DNA of 64,000 bases from a virus: the IMG/VR virus record IMGVR_UViG_3300020045_004291, positions 28,472 through 92,471 of that record. The stretch is one strand, 5' to 3'. The position numbers and the translations under genes are program-made. Below the pieces are notes generated by a model. The model ran no database searches and had not been told where the DNA came from. It saw only the letters and a program-made list of their open reading frames with translations. Positions 1 to 8,523 of this stretch are shown piece after piece (the first letter of the stretch is position 1; every line of letters begins with the position of its first letter).

Positions 1-44
1 CTTGTCGTTCCAATGATCTTCGCCGCTCTCATTATCTTATTTGC

Positions 45-440
45 GTTTCGGCTGGACTTTCACCCATGGTAGCTTACATGGCACGTCATAATGATCGTAT
101 CGCCCCGCCCCAGCCAATGGGTTCCTAAAGGCGGGAATTAGACAAAGCCGTCTGCCGGACGTAAAGCGGCTAAGTTTCGCGCTTCGGCGCACATAAGTTT
201 AGCTAGCGACCACCCCAGTCCGAAAATGGGGCCGCCAACGTAATCAGGGATTATGGGGCGCTGGCTAATAAGTTTGATCTGCGGTGCAAAACTTCCCCTG
301 CGCCTGTCTTTCGCCAGGATTAACACAGAGGATGAACCTAAGCGTAATGGCGAGGTTTCGCAGATCAAAACCAATCCCGCAAGGGTAGAGGGGCGACCTT
401 CCGAAAGACCTCAGCCGTTTCCCTCCGGCTGGGGTTTTTT
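45..440 (+). ncRNA. Large structured non-coding RNA (copy A), family unassigned
   Basis: 11-bp helix 273-283/359-369; long-range TCGCCCC 100-106/GGGGCGA 390-396; UUCG (179-190) and GCAA (376-385) tetraloop hairpins; ends in an intrinsic terminator; conserved in copy B with structure-preserving changes. Confidence 0.8.
408..440 (+). terminator. Rho-independent terminator ending ncRNA copy A
   Basis: CCTCAGCCG-N8-CGGCTGGGG followed by T6. Confidence 0.85.
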
Positions 441-504
441 GTGTCTTAAACCATATATTTAGATTTCTGATCTATTGTGGTTCTCATAGAAGAGGGAAAA
501 TTCT

Positions 505-1098
505 ATGAGATATCCAAACGCCGTTGGTGCAATCAACATCATTAATGTCAGCCTGTTAATCGCCCTGGGGATCGCCGTCACGGCACCAACTGTGCAGCCT
601 GACCAGTTTGTTACCTATGCCCCGCCGCCCGCCTTGGAGGTCGTATGGCCCACGCGTGAATTGATCGTGTATCCAGAGGTTGCCACCGTTTCAGGCGTTG
701 ACCTAATTAAACGCTTTGAAGGGCTGCGCTTGAAAGCGTATAAGTGCACGGCAAAACGCTGGACTATTGGTTATGGCCGCGCATATGGCGTCAAATCCGG
801 TCAGGTGATCACACAGGCCGAAGCTGACCGCATGTTGTCGGTTGACTACGCCAAAACAAAAAGCGCCGTCCTGAGTGCTGTAAAGGCCGATATCAGCGAT
901 CAACAAATAGAGGTATTGGTGTCGTTCGCGTATAACGTGGGGATTACGCGGTTCAAAGAATCCACTATGTTAAAAATGATCAATGCCGGTGACATGCGCG
1001 GCGCTCGCGATCAGTTCAGGTTCTGGATTCACGTTGACGGCCAGCCTATCGACGGCCTGATTAACCGCCGTGCAGAAGAGGCGGCGTTGTTTATTTAG
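505..1098 (+). CDS. GH24 phage lysozyme with N-terminal hydrophobic anchor and Pro-rich linker, antisense to the late operon
   Basis: IKRFEGLRLKAYKC..WTIGYG (E-x8-C-x5-T), SFAYNVG, GLINRRAEE motifs; GAGGG RBS. Confidence 0.9.
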   Translation: MRYPNAVGAINIINVSLLIALGIAVTAPTVQPDQFVTYAPPPALEVVWPTRELIVYPEVATVSGVDLIKRFEGLRLKAYKCTAKRWTIGYGRAYGVKSGQVITQAEADRMLSVDYAKTKSAVLSAVKADISDQQIEVLVSFAYNVGITRFKESTMLKMINAGDMRGARDQFRFWIHVDGQPIDGLINRRAEEAALFI

Positions 1099-1285
1099 CC
1101 AGTCCGAAAAATGTCTTTATCTGGGCTGCAAATATGCCGAACAGAACGCCAATGGTAGCCGCTCCACCAAGCACGAATTTTTGCCACGATACCAGATCGT
1201 CAATCTTCTTCTGGTGTGTCGCTTGCCACGCCTTTAAATCGTCGACATCTTTTTTTAACAGCGCAATCTGCGTTTCCGGCGTCAC
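1091..1285 (-). CDS. Small coiled-coil plus single-TM protein (holin/XhlA-like), last gene of the lysis cassette
   Basis: Heptad N-terminus then hydrophobic FVLGGAATIGVLFGIF; identical protein in unit B. Confidence 0.6.
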   Translation of the reverse strand: MTPETQIALLKKDVDDLKAWQATHQKKIDDLVSWQKFVLGGAATIGVLFGIFAAQIKTFFGLAK

Positions 1286-1755
1286 TTCCGCCCCACTTTA
1301 TGACGAGCCGCCACCCTATTATCAGGCAGGTTATGCAGATAAATATTACCAATATCTGCAATCACGATACCCAACCCCCAAACCATACTCGTTACAATTA
1401 GCGCCATAGTCAGGCCGTTGAGGCCCGCATAATAGCCGTAATGGCTTTCAGGCCGCATAAGCGCCGTCACAAGGTGCAGGGACAACATTCCGATATAAGC
1501 GCCCATGATCGGCCACCTAAGGTTTTTCGTGCGCTGCCCACGCCTTGCCACCAGCACGCATAATATCATACCGATGACATCTGCAATAGCATAAGTTGCT
1601 AATTGGCGCGGCAAAGGTATAAATTGCGATATGGCCTCACCAATTGCAAAGCCACCGACAAGCAACAATGAAAGCTTTTGTAGGGCGCGCGACGATCCCG
1701 CCCAAGCTATGAGCGCATTGGTGATTAGGGCGACGACCATGGCAACCGCTATCAA
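1282..1755 (-). CDS. Multi-pass membrane protein
   Basis: About 5 hydrophobic segments; 4-nt overlaps with neighbours; conserved in unit B. Confidence 0.7.
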   Translation of the reverse strand: MIAVAMVVALITNALIAWAGSSRALQKLSLLLVGGFAIGEAISQFIPLPRQLATYAIADVIGMILCVLVARRGQRTKNLRWPIMGAYIGMLSLHLVTALMRPESHYGYYAGLNGLTMALIVTSMVWGLGIVIADIGNIYLHNLPDNRVAARHKVGRK

Positions 1756-2030
1756 GGCTGTGTTTCCTCTTCGTCGTCCTTATTGGTGGTGTTGTTTGAG
1801 AATGCGACAACGCCATCACCGGATTCGTCTGCATAATCGATACCAAGCTTTTTAGCCGCTACGTGCAAGGCTTTGTGATGCCGACGCATGGCACGAACGA
1901 CATTCTTAGCCGCCGATGTGTCGTCGGATTCCGCCAGAAGTTCGTCAAGATAGATTTCCAGCACTGAGAGCGTCTCAGCGACCGGCTGGGCCTCTTTGGC
2001 GATAAAGGTTGATAGTTTCATTACATCCAT
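1752..2030 (-). CDS. Hypothetical protein
   Basis: Conserved in unit B with mostly synonymous changes. Confidence 0.7.
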   Translation of the reverse strand: MDVMKLSTFIAKEAQPVAETLSVLEIYLDELLAESDDTSAAKNVVRAMRRHHKALHVAAKKLGIDYADESGDGVVAFSNNTTNKDDEEETQP

Positions 2031-2046
2031 CCTTCAATATTACAGG

Positions 2047-2367
2047 TCAAGGCTTAGCTCCATTGGATAAATCGATTAAATCAACAAGGCCCTTGCGCTT
2101 CTCGTTGCATTCTATCAAAGCCGCCTCTTGATTGACAGAGGTTACAGCCATATTTTGCACCGCTGAAAACACTTCGTCCAATGAGGGATTTTCACTCAGG
2201 CGCGAAGGCAGATCAGGCCCAGTGCAAGCCGTCCTGAAATTGGCGGGAACGAATATCAGCGTCTTAGGGCTGGGTTGGGGTTTCCCCGCGCAACTCGTCA
2301 AGGCCAGCAAGCCAAGCGTTATAAGTGACGCCAATATCTTCGCATTTAGACGGGACGGGGATTTCAT
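2047..2367 (-). CDS. o-spanin-like lipoprotein (Rz1-like)
   Basis: Lipobox LLALTSC, Pro-rich, overlaps 3' end of the i-spanin gene. Confidence 0.75.
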   Translation of the reverse strand: MKSPSRLNAKILASLITLGLLALTSCAGKPQPSPKTLIFVPANFRTACTGPDLPSRLSENPSLDEVFSAVQNMAVTSVNQEAALIECNEKRKGLVDLIDLSNGAKP

Positions 2368-2614
2368 GAGTGATCACCTTGGCTTTTTCGCGGACGACTT
2401 TCACGCGGTCGATATATTTGGTGTCAATGACGATTGAAGCTTGCGCATTTATCAGCGATGTCTTAGCGGACGCCAGTTCACCCCCAAGGCGGGCTATATC
2501 TGCCTTCTGAGCGGCAATAACCTTTTCCTTGGCGTCAAGCTTCATATTGACGATAATGACGGTGCCAGCCAGCGTAAAGGCCGCAAGGGCTATAGCGAAT
2601 GTTTCCAGCTTCAT
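2264..2614 (-). CDS. i-spanin (Rz-like)
   Basis: N-terminal TM plus coiled coil, directly after the endolysin; start taken at MKLETF. Confidence 0.75.
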   Translation of the reverse strand: MKLETFAIALAAFTLAGTVIIVNMKLDAKEKVIAAQKADIARLGGELASAKTSLINAQASIVIDTKYIDRVKVVREKAKVITHEIPVPSKCEDIGVTYNAWLAGLDELRGETPTQP

Positions 2615-3090
2615 GAGACACCTTTCAGGCAAAGGTTACGCTCTGCGTTACGTCTGTTTAACAGGCCTTGCACGGGCTTTCCACCGGCAAAGCGCCACGC
2701 TAAGAACGCATCGCACCCGCCCTTGATGTCGCCAGCGTCAAACCTACGATCGACAGTCGATTTGCAATAGGCTTGCGTGCCGATGTTATAGGCTAGAGAA
2801 GTGGCTGCGGCTAAAACTTCGGGCTTGGATGCAATGGACGGCGTACACGCCATAACGGGTTTCATGTAGCGTTCACTGACGGCCTTTTTCAGCATGGCCT
2901 CGCACTCAGCGTCGGTATAATGGCGCATTTCGACTTGCGTTTCACCAAAGCACACAGTTTTTACATTGACGATATCAAAATATGGGTCGTTAATTTTCCC
3001 TTCCCACGGCATAATGACGCCAAGCGCAAGCGCCATTGCAGATCCGCCAATGAGTGCGGTTTGTGCCTTTGGTGGTATATTAAGCCGCAT
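2611..3090 (-). CDS. SAR-type endolysin (GH24)
   Basis: Gly/Ala-rich N-terminal TM followed by WEG..PYFDIVNVKTVCFGET, AYNIG, GLLNRR. Confidence 0.9.
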   Translation of the reverse strand: MRLNIPPKAQTALIGGSAMALALGVIMPWEGKINDPYFDIVNVKTVCFGETQVEMRHYTDAECEAMLKKAVSERYMKPVMACTPSIASKPEVLAAATSLAYNIGTQAYCKSTVDRRFDAGDIKGGCDAFLAWRFAGGKPVQGLLNRRNAERNLCLKGVS

Positions 3091-3370
3091 CCTTAACCCT
3101 CACCGTGCGAATGTTTTTCTGTGTCAGGTTTGCCGCCAGGGTAGACAGCACCATAAGCGCAATCGCAACGCAGATGACCGGCATAACCAGAGCCTCAGAC
3201 ATGCGGTTAAACGTGTAGAGGATACCCCACACACCAGACCACAGCGTATTGGCGATGTTAATTAAAACTGACCAACGAGTGATTGTGAGCCGCCAACCTG
3301 TTACCAAGTCCACCCAAAACGGGGGCTTTGGCAACGCGGTCAAGGTCGGGCGTGTGTATGGGGCTTTCAT
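3080..3370 (-). CDS. Putative holin
   Basis: Two TM segments, basic C-terminus, immediately upstream of the endolysin; start set from the unit B homologue. Confidence 0.65.
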   Translation of the reverse strand: MKAPYTRPTLTALPKPPFWVDLVTGWRLTITRWSVLINIANTLWSGVWGILYTFNRMSEALVMPVICVAIALMVLSTLAANLTQKNIRTVRVKDAA

Positions 3371-3371
3371 G

Positions 3372-5930
3372 TTAAGGATAGGCCGCCGTTGGAAGTGCCC
3401 AAAGGTCAGCATATTCCATCATCACAGCGGGCAAGAGTCCAGTAGCCTGGTTGTGCTGCATGTACCAACGCACATTTCCTGTACTATAGAAGTGGTTGTG
3501 ATCTAGGTTAAATTCGCTGATTTGACGCGGAAGGGGATGCTTGACTGGCGAACCCCATGCCGCACCGGTCAGACCATCTGCGCTGGTATAACTGACAAGA
3601 TCGCCCGGTGTATTTACGTAGTTAACCGAGTTTGACGTGTAGCCAGTCCCGAAGATTATCTCCACGGCCCCCGAAGGAGTAGAATAGATAGTCGGACGCG
3701 AGTAGTCAGGGAACGCTGTGACTGGGGTGCGCGTCAGGTTTGACACCTGAGTTGTGGTGGTAACACCGGCGGACGTGACCGAGATGTGATGAAGCTGGGT
3801 ATTTCCAGTTAAATCATCCTGCATGAACGCCACGTGAAGTGTTCCTGAACTATCCAAGAAAGATGAGTTCTGGTTCATATTCCGTGCGTTGGTAGTAAGC
3901 AGCAGGTCTTCATCCGCAAGGACGATAGGCAATGGATACACAGCCCCGCTACGCTTAACCCACTGGTTAGACGCTTTGAGGTACTTGGCATAATAAACGT
4001 TCGAGTTGGTGCTCCCCCCAGTCCGGTTTGTCCACGTCATGTAGATATTACCCGACGCATCGAATGACAGGGTGTTGATATACGGCCCGGATGCCCCGGA
4101 AATTGTTGTCGCAATACCGCCTAGACGCGACCATGTAGACGTTGCCTCGTCATAGACATTCATATGCACGGTGCCATTGCCCGATACACCGTCTCTGTAC
4201 ACAAACAAAAGTTGGCCGGTATCAGGAAAATTGTAGAACTGTGGATATGTGACCTGTGTCTCATTAACACCTGTCATGGTGTTAATGGGGGTCATCACGC
4301 TAGTATCATAGGCTAATGAACTCTTAGAGTAGACCATGGGCGCGCCGTGCATGTTGTTACACACATGGACAAAACCGTTACGATCTACGCCAAGTGATAC
4401 CACGTTGTGCGCGTCATCGCCGGCTTGGGTGCGGGTAAGAAGCGTCTTGCGCCACGTTACGCCCCCATCCTGCGAACGAACAATCGCCTGCTTGCGGTCA
4501 TGTTGCCACACACCGGCGTACATATTGCCGGAAGCTTCACGGAACGGTGTCGCGTATATGTTACTTTGCAGAGCGTTCCCGCCATGCTCGATAAGGGTAA
4601 CGTTTGACGGATACTGCGACTGCATAGAGGAGGGTGGTGTGGTCTTGTATGGATGACCCGCCGCTAAAACGCTCTGGATATTGTATTTGAAGGCTATAAT
4701 ACCCTCTATGATCTGTCTAAGCGAGTCGCTTAGAGCAGAAGGGAATACAAGGATCATAGCGATCCCACCATTGATGTATTGGCCTGCACCACGGCCCGCC
4801 TCGCAGATGCGGAAAGGCAGGGCGGCCTTATTAAGGGTGCCAGTGATCGTAGTGGGGGTACCGGCTACACCGTTTTTATATACAGTGATGGCTGACGCCG
4901 AGCATGTTGTAGATAGGATGGCAACCTCACCGCTTATTAGATTGGATGCGGCTGAGGCCGCAAAGGCTGTACCAGCGTCGTTAAATGCGGCGGCCCCCGG
5001 TATTGCAGATGCGTTAATGTTTATCATCTGGTTACCACGGGATGCCAGACCTGTAGCGTCCTGAGAGACAAACACCCCCTGCACCGATCCGGTTGCGGGC
5101 ACCCTATACACTGTGAAGGCTGTCCATTCTCCCGTACTGGCGCTGCATAGCTGTGCAGAAGCGGCTGTGGCCATAAAGGATGGCGATGCACTCCAAAGAT
5201 ATTTGTAACCGTTCAGTGTGTTTACGTTAACAACTGGTCGGTTAGCATCTGTGGCTTGCGTAATGTCATAAGCACTATTTGACTTATCAATCGCAGCGCT
5301 GATTTTACCAGAAGTTTCGGTCACCCACTCAGTTGTACCGAAATCCAAATCAAGTGAGGGCAAGCCAACCCGCGAATAAATCGGTGCATAGGTTGTAATG
5401 GTTGTCAGTGCCGCAACAACCGCAGAAGTTGCCGCGCTAGACGCAGAGTTTGATCCGATTAAGTTAATTGCGGCAACGTTACACGTTAAGGTGTGTCCAA
5501 TATCGCCAGTCACAGGCACATAAGTTGCTGATGTAGCGCCTGAAATTGGCGTTACGACATCAAACCAGAACCATTGGTAGGTGTATGATGTTGGAGAATT
5601 TGTCCACGTTCCATTTGTTGTTGTCAGGGTTGATCCAACCGTTGCGGAACCAGACACCACAGGAGCAACTGTGTTTACAGGAGCGCCCGCAATGCTTGAT
5701 TGACCATAAAGCGCCAAGCTCTCAAACTCGACCACAGCCTCACAGGTGATGGCCGCACCGATATCACCAGAGACAAGCGTGTAGGTGACGCTCGTTTCAC
5801 CGCTGATGTCCACGCCGTCCCGTTGCCATTGATAGGTTGGCGTAGGAGCTCCCGGCCATGCAATGACCGTTGCCCGCAGAACGGAGCCGACCGTGTTATT
5901 ACCTGTGACGACTACGCGAGTCCGTGCCAT
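3372..5930 (-). CDS. Virion-associated carbohydrate-binding/degrading protein: 2 Ig-like domains, LamG-like domain, BNR_4 (PL24-like) beta-propeller
   Basis: PVNTVAPVVSGSATVGSTLT/YQW Ig repeats; DDAHNVVSLGVDRNGFVH..NNMH and TYPQF..LFVYRDG motifs. Confidence 0.7.
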   Translation of the reverse strand: MARTRVVVTGNNTVGSVLRATVIAWPGAPTPTYQWQRDGVDISGETSVTYTLVSGDIGAAITCEAVVEFESLALYGQSSIAGAPVNTVAPVVSGSATVGSTLTTTNGTWTNSPTSYTYQWFWFDVVTPISGATSATYVPVTGDIGHTLTCNVAAINLIGSNSASSAATSAVVAALTTITTYAPIYSRVGLPSLDLDFGTTEWVTETSGKISAAIDKSNSAYDITQATDANRPVVNVNTLNGYKYLWSASPSFMATAASAQLCSASTGEWTAFTVYRVPATGSVQGVFVSQDATGLASRGNQMININASAIPGAAAFNDAGTAFAASAASNLISGEVAILSTTCSASAITVYKNGVAGTPTTITGTLNKAALPFRICEAGRGAGQYINGGIAMILVFPSALSDSLRQIIEGIIAFKYNIQSVLAAGHPYKTTPPSSMQSQYPSNVTLIEHGGNALQSNIYATPFREASGNMYAGVWQHDRKQAIVRSQDGGVTWRKTLLTRTQAGDDAHNVVSLGVDRNGFVHVCNNMHGAPMVYSKSSLAYDTSVMTPINTMTGVNETQVTYPQFYNFPDTGQLLFVYRDGVSGNGTVHMNVYDEATSTWSRLGGIATTISGASGPYINTLSFDASGNIYMTWTNRTGGSTNSNVYYAKYLKASNQWVKRSGAVYPLPIVLADEDLLLTTNARNMNQNSSFLDSSGTLHVAFMQDDLTGNTQLHHISVTSAGVTTTTQVSNLTRTPVTAFPDYSRPTIYSTPSGAVEIIFGTGYTSNSVNYVNTPGDLVSYTSADGLTGAAWGSPVKHPLPRQISEFNLDHNHFYSTGNVRWYMQHNQATGLLPAVMMEYADLWALPTAAYP

Positions 5931-5980
5931 GTTTTAAGCCCTATGTGTAATCGTTGTTTACTACGTTTTTTTAGTTGTGA

Positions 5981-6157
5981 CTAGGTTGCAATCTGGTTGA
6001 TTTCAGCGACCCTTAGAATCGACTGCTTGTTAAAAGACCAAATCTCATTATCGGTCAAATCCCACTGAGCAGCGGTTTTAGCTTCGCCGTTTATCTCAAT
6101 TTGATTTTCCGAAATCAGAATAATGGTTTGCCCATTATTTACATGTAAATTTATCAT
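5981..6157 (-). CDS. 58-aa protein coupled to the tailspike (possible chaperone); missing from the ORF track
   Basis: ATG overlaps the tailspike stop (ATGA); MINLHVNNGQTIILISENQ... Confidence 0.55.
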   Translation of the reverse strand: MINLHVNNGQTIILISENQIEINGEAKTAAQWDLTDNEIWSFNKQSILRVAEINQIAT

Positions 6158-8337
6158 ATCCGAGCTTCCACATTGATTCTAAGGGTGCCGCTTGTAACGA
6201 TCCCGCCATGGGAAAGTTGAACCGTAACGTTTGATGCATCGATAGCTACAACGTCACCAGAAACGGGGCCAATAAACAAGCCGCTTTCAGCCAAAACTTG
6301 CAATATAAGCCCCCTTTTGGTTGGCGTTCCTGCTAAGGTGTTCGGAACGTTCACATAAGAGCCGCTCGCCGGATCTGTGCCAGTAAGTACCGTCATTACA
6401 TCCGCGACCCTAAGGCCTGTGTTTAGTTTCCCGAAAAAGAACTTGTTCGGATCGGTTTGCGTAATGTTTAACTGGGCGGTCGGGTCAAAGTCGTTAGATT
6501 CTATGATGTATGGGCCACCCGAAGCCCCGTCTGAGATAGTTAGGTTAGCGTCCAAATTGGTGAAATAGTTGCCATTGATATTCACGCGGGTGGCACCATT
6601 CATGTAAATGCCGGTTGTAGAGTCGGCGAACTTGCACGCCAACACCTTCACATTGGAAGGCGCGCTTAAATCAAGAGACGTCGCGGAATGCATGAAATCG
6701 CAGGCAATGAATATGATGTCAGACATGTTTGCGCCGCCCGATGTGTCATGGTAGACGCCAGATGATGATGTGAGTGTGTTTGTTGCGATATAGCACCCCC
6801 TGAAACAGACGCTATCAATGCCGTCGTTCGAGGGCTTTAATATGACCTGCTTTCCGTTACCCTGATCGAAAGTGCAGCCATCGCAGTCAGTGTATAGACA
6901 ACTTGTAATAGTTAAGTTGTGGCCGGTACCGAACATTTTAAGCCCGATAAGATGTATCCCCTCCGGACGAGCGGAACCGTCAGAAGACCCGATCCAAATC
7001 CCATGACCGGGGCCACCCCACACACCTCCCTCGACCGTGTTTTCAATGCTGATGTGGCCAGATGTCCGGTCAAGTACGTACGCATACGCAGACGCGCCCG
7101 TTCTCAAATTTGTGAATGAAGTGTTTGTGCACTCTGTCAGAGAACCGGCTATATAAACAATCGAGTCCGGGTTGCCCGTGACCTCGCCGGTTATGTGGCA
7201 GTCCGTGATTCTGTGCCCATCATATTGCCCGCCATCAAAAACCCTGCCCGCAGATCCGAGGTGCTTTAGTGCAACCTTATCAAATCCGACAGTAGACCCG
7301 GACGCGGTGAACATGGTGATTGACTGGGTTGTTTGAAACGTGACTTGCTCAGAGCCACCGAAGGCTGTCACTCCGACGAGGCATGAACCCTGCGGAAGCG
7401 TTACAGGCGTTGAAATACTATAGGGAGAGCTTTTCGGCTTCGCCCTGATAGTTTTTACACCCGCCGCGATGGCGCGAGCAAACGTAAGGCCGTAATCACC
7501 GGCATCAGCCGTTAGATAATAGTCCTCAAGAAAGGCGTCGTCAGCGATACTGCGCTTTAAATCTAAAGCTTCCTTAATAGGCCCAGCCGTAACCTTTGTT
7601 GCATCAGAAGTGTTATCGACATTGCCCAAGCCCAAGGCAGTGCGCTGCAATGCAGCCGTCGCGGCCCCCACCACGGCACGGCCAGCAGCGGTAAAAGGTG
7701 CCATTGCCCATGTTTCAGCCGCTGTTGAGTACGGGATTTTGTCTATGCCAGAAGTCAGCGCCGCAATCGCCGCAAGATCGACGCTGTAAGCCTGAACGTC
7801 AACATTAATAACGGTTCCTGTGTTTTCACGGGCTTGAGCCTTTTGAATATCGCTCAGGCTTTGCGTAACGTCAAAACGAACCGCACCAGTGGGAACGATG
7901 GTGTAAGACGTGCCACCTTCCAGGGTTACCTCAAAGACCTGCCCATCAATCGATACGTCAATTTCATCCCCATTGGCGGTAATGGACGCACCAAAAGGTT
8001 TAACGATAAACGCCCCGCCATAAATCTTTGAGGTGAAATCAGCGGGCGATGTGACCATGAAGTCAAAGAACAGCACAGACGGATTCTGTTCATCGTCAGA
8101 ATCAACCGGCAAAGCGTCAATGTCGTCTTTTTTCACAGAAACGGTGATGTTGTTGCCTGTGAATGACAGCTGGCTTCCGTTTGTGGACGGGTCAGTTGAA
8201 AAGGTTAAAAGTATTGTGCCGTTCAGGTCTGAGTAGACAGAGAATGCACCATCGTAGCCCAGAAAGGACACGTTCTCAGGAAACGCAAAATTAAGCGTTA
8301 AATCAGCACCACGGGGGGCATAAATCTTTGCAGTCAT
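6154..8337 (-). CDS. Tailspike / depolymerase (beta-helix, pectate-lyase-like)
   Basis: LGLGNVDNTSD fibre motif followed by parallel beta-helix-like repeats. Confidence 0.8.
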   Translation of the reverse strand: MTAKIYAPRGADLTLNFAFPENVSFLGYDGAFSVYSDLNGTILLTFSTDPSTNGSQLSFTGNNITVSVKKDDIDALPVDSDDEQNPSVLFFDFMVTSPADFTSKIYGGAFIVKPFGASITANGDEIDVSIDGQVFEVTLEGGTSYTIVPTGAVRFDVTQSLSDIQKAQARENTGTVINVDVQAYSVDLAAIAALTSGIDKIPYSTAAETWAMAPFTAAGRAVVGAATAALQRTALGLGNVDNTSDATKVTAGPIKEALDLKRSIADDAFLEDYYLTADAGDYGLTFARAIAAGVKTIRAKPKSSPYSISTPVTLPQGSCLVGVTAFGGSEQVTFQTTQSITMFTASGSTVGFDKVALKHLGSAGRVFDGGQYDGHRITDCHITGEVTGNPDSIVYIAGSLTECTNTSFTNLRTGASAYAYVLDRTSGHISIENTVEGGVWGGPGHGIWIGSSDGSARPEGIHLIGLKMFGTGHNLTITSCLYTDCDGCTFDQGNGKQVILKPSNDGIDSVCFRGCYIATNTLTSSSGVYHDTSGGANMSDIIFIACDFMHSATSLDLSAPSNVKVLACKFADSTTGIYMNGATRVNINGNYFTNLDANLTISDGASGGPYIIESNDFDPTAQLNITQTDPNKFFFGKLNTGLRVADVMTVLTGTDPASGSYVNVPNTLAGTPTKRGLILQVLAESGLFIGPVSGDVVAIDASNVTVQLSHGGIVTSGTLRINVEARI

Positions 8338-8361
8338 TGAGAAACCCCATATACAATAGTA

Positions 8362-8523
8362 ATGCTGTTCATGTTTTTATTTCTGTTCTTTTCCGGCGAT
8401 CCGTTGCAGTGGGCGCTCATTGCGGTTGTCCTTCTTCTGCAATTGCCCCTGTGGCGTATGCTGGAAGACTTAGGCTCTGTTGTGCCTGTGGAAGCGAGAT
8501 CATTGGATAGGCCGCAGGTGTAA
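8362..8523 (+). CDS. 53-aa hydrophobic membrane peptide antisense to the ejection gene (candidate superinfection exclusion)
   Basis: MLFMFLFLFFSGDPLQWALIAVVLLLQLPLW...; TTGCAG-18-TACAAT directly upstream. Confidence 0.5.
   Translation: MLFMFLFLFFSGDPLQWALIAVVLLLQLPLWRMLEDLGSVVPVEARSLDRPQV

Noticed and set aside
45-440. ncRNA as a group I/II intron, tmRNA, RNase P or known small ribozyme
   Set aside because: It interrupts no gene and has its own terminator. I could not find the R/S elements, a convincing domain V, tRNA-like ends or a hammerhead core. Formal exclusion needs cmscan.
138-462. ORFs 138-374 (-) and 253-462 (+), and their counterparts at 42037-42300
   Set aside because: Frames are not preserved between the two copies because of indels; variation fits RNA structure, not coding.
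446-463. CtrA box upstream of the antisense lysozyme
   Set aside because: The TTAA half-site is followed by wrong spacing and an imperfect second half; not supportable.
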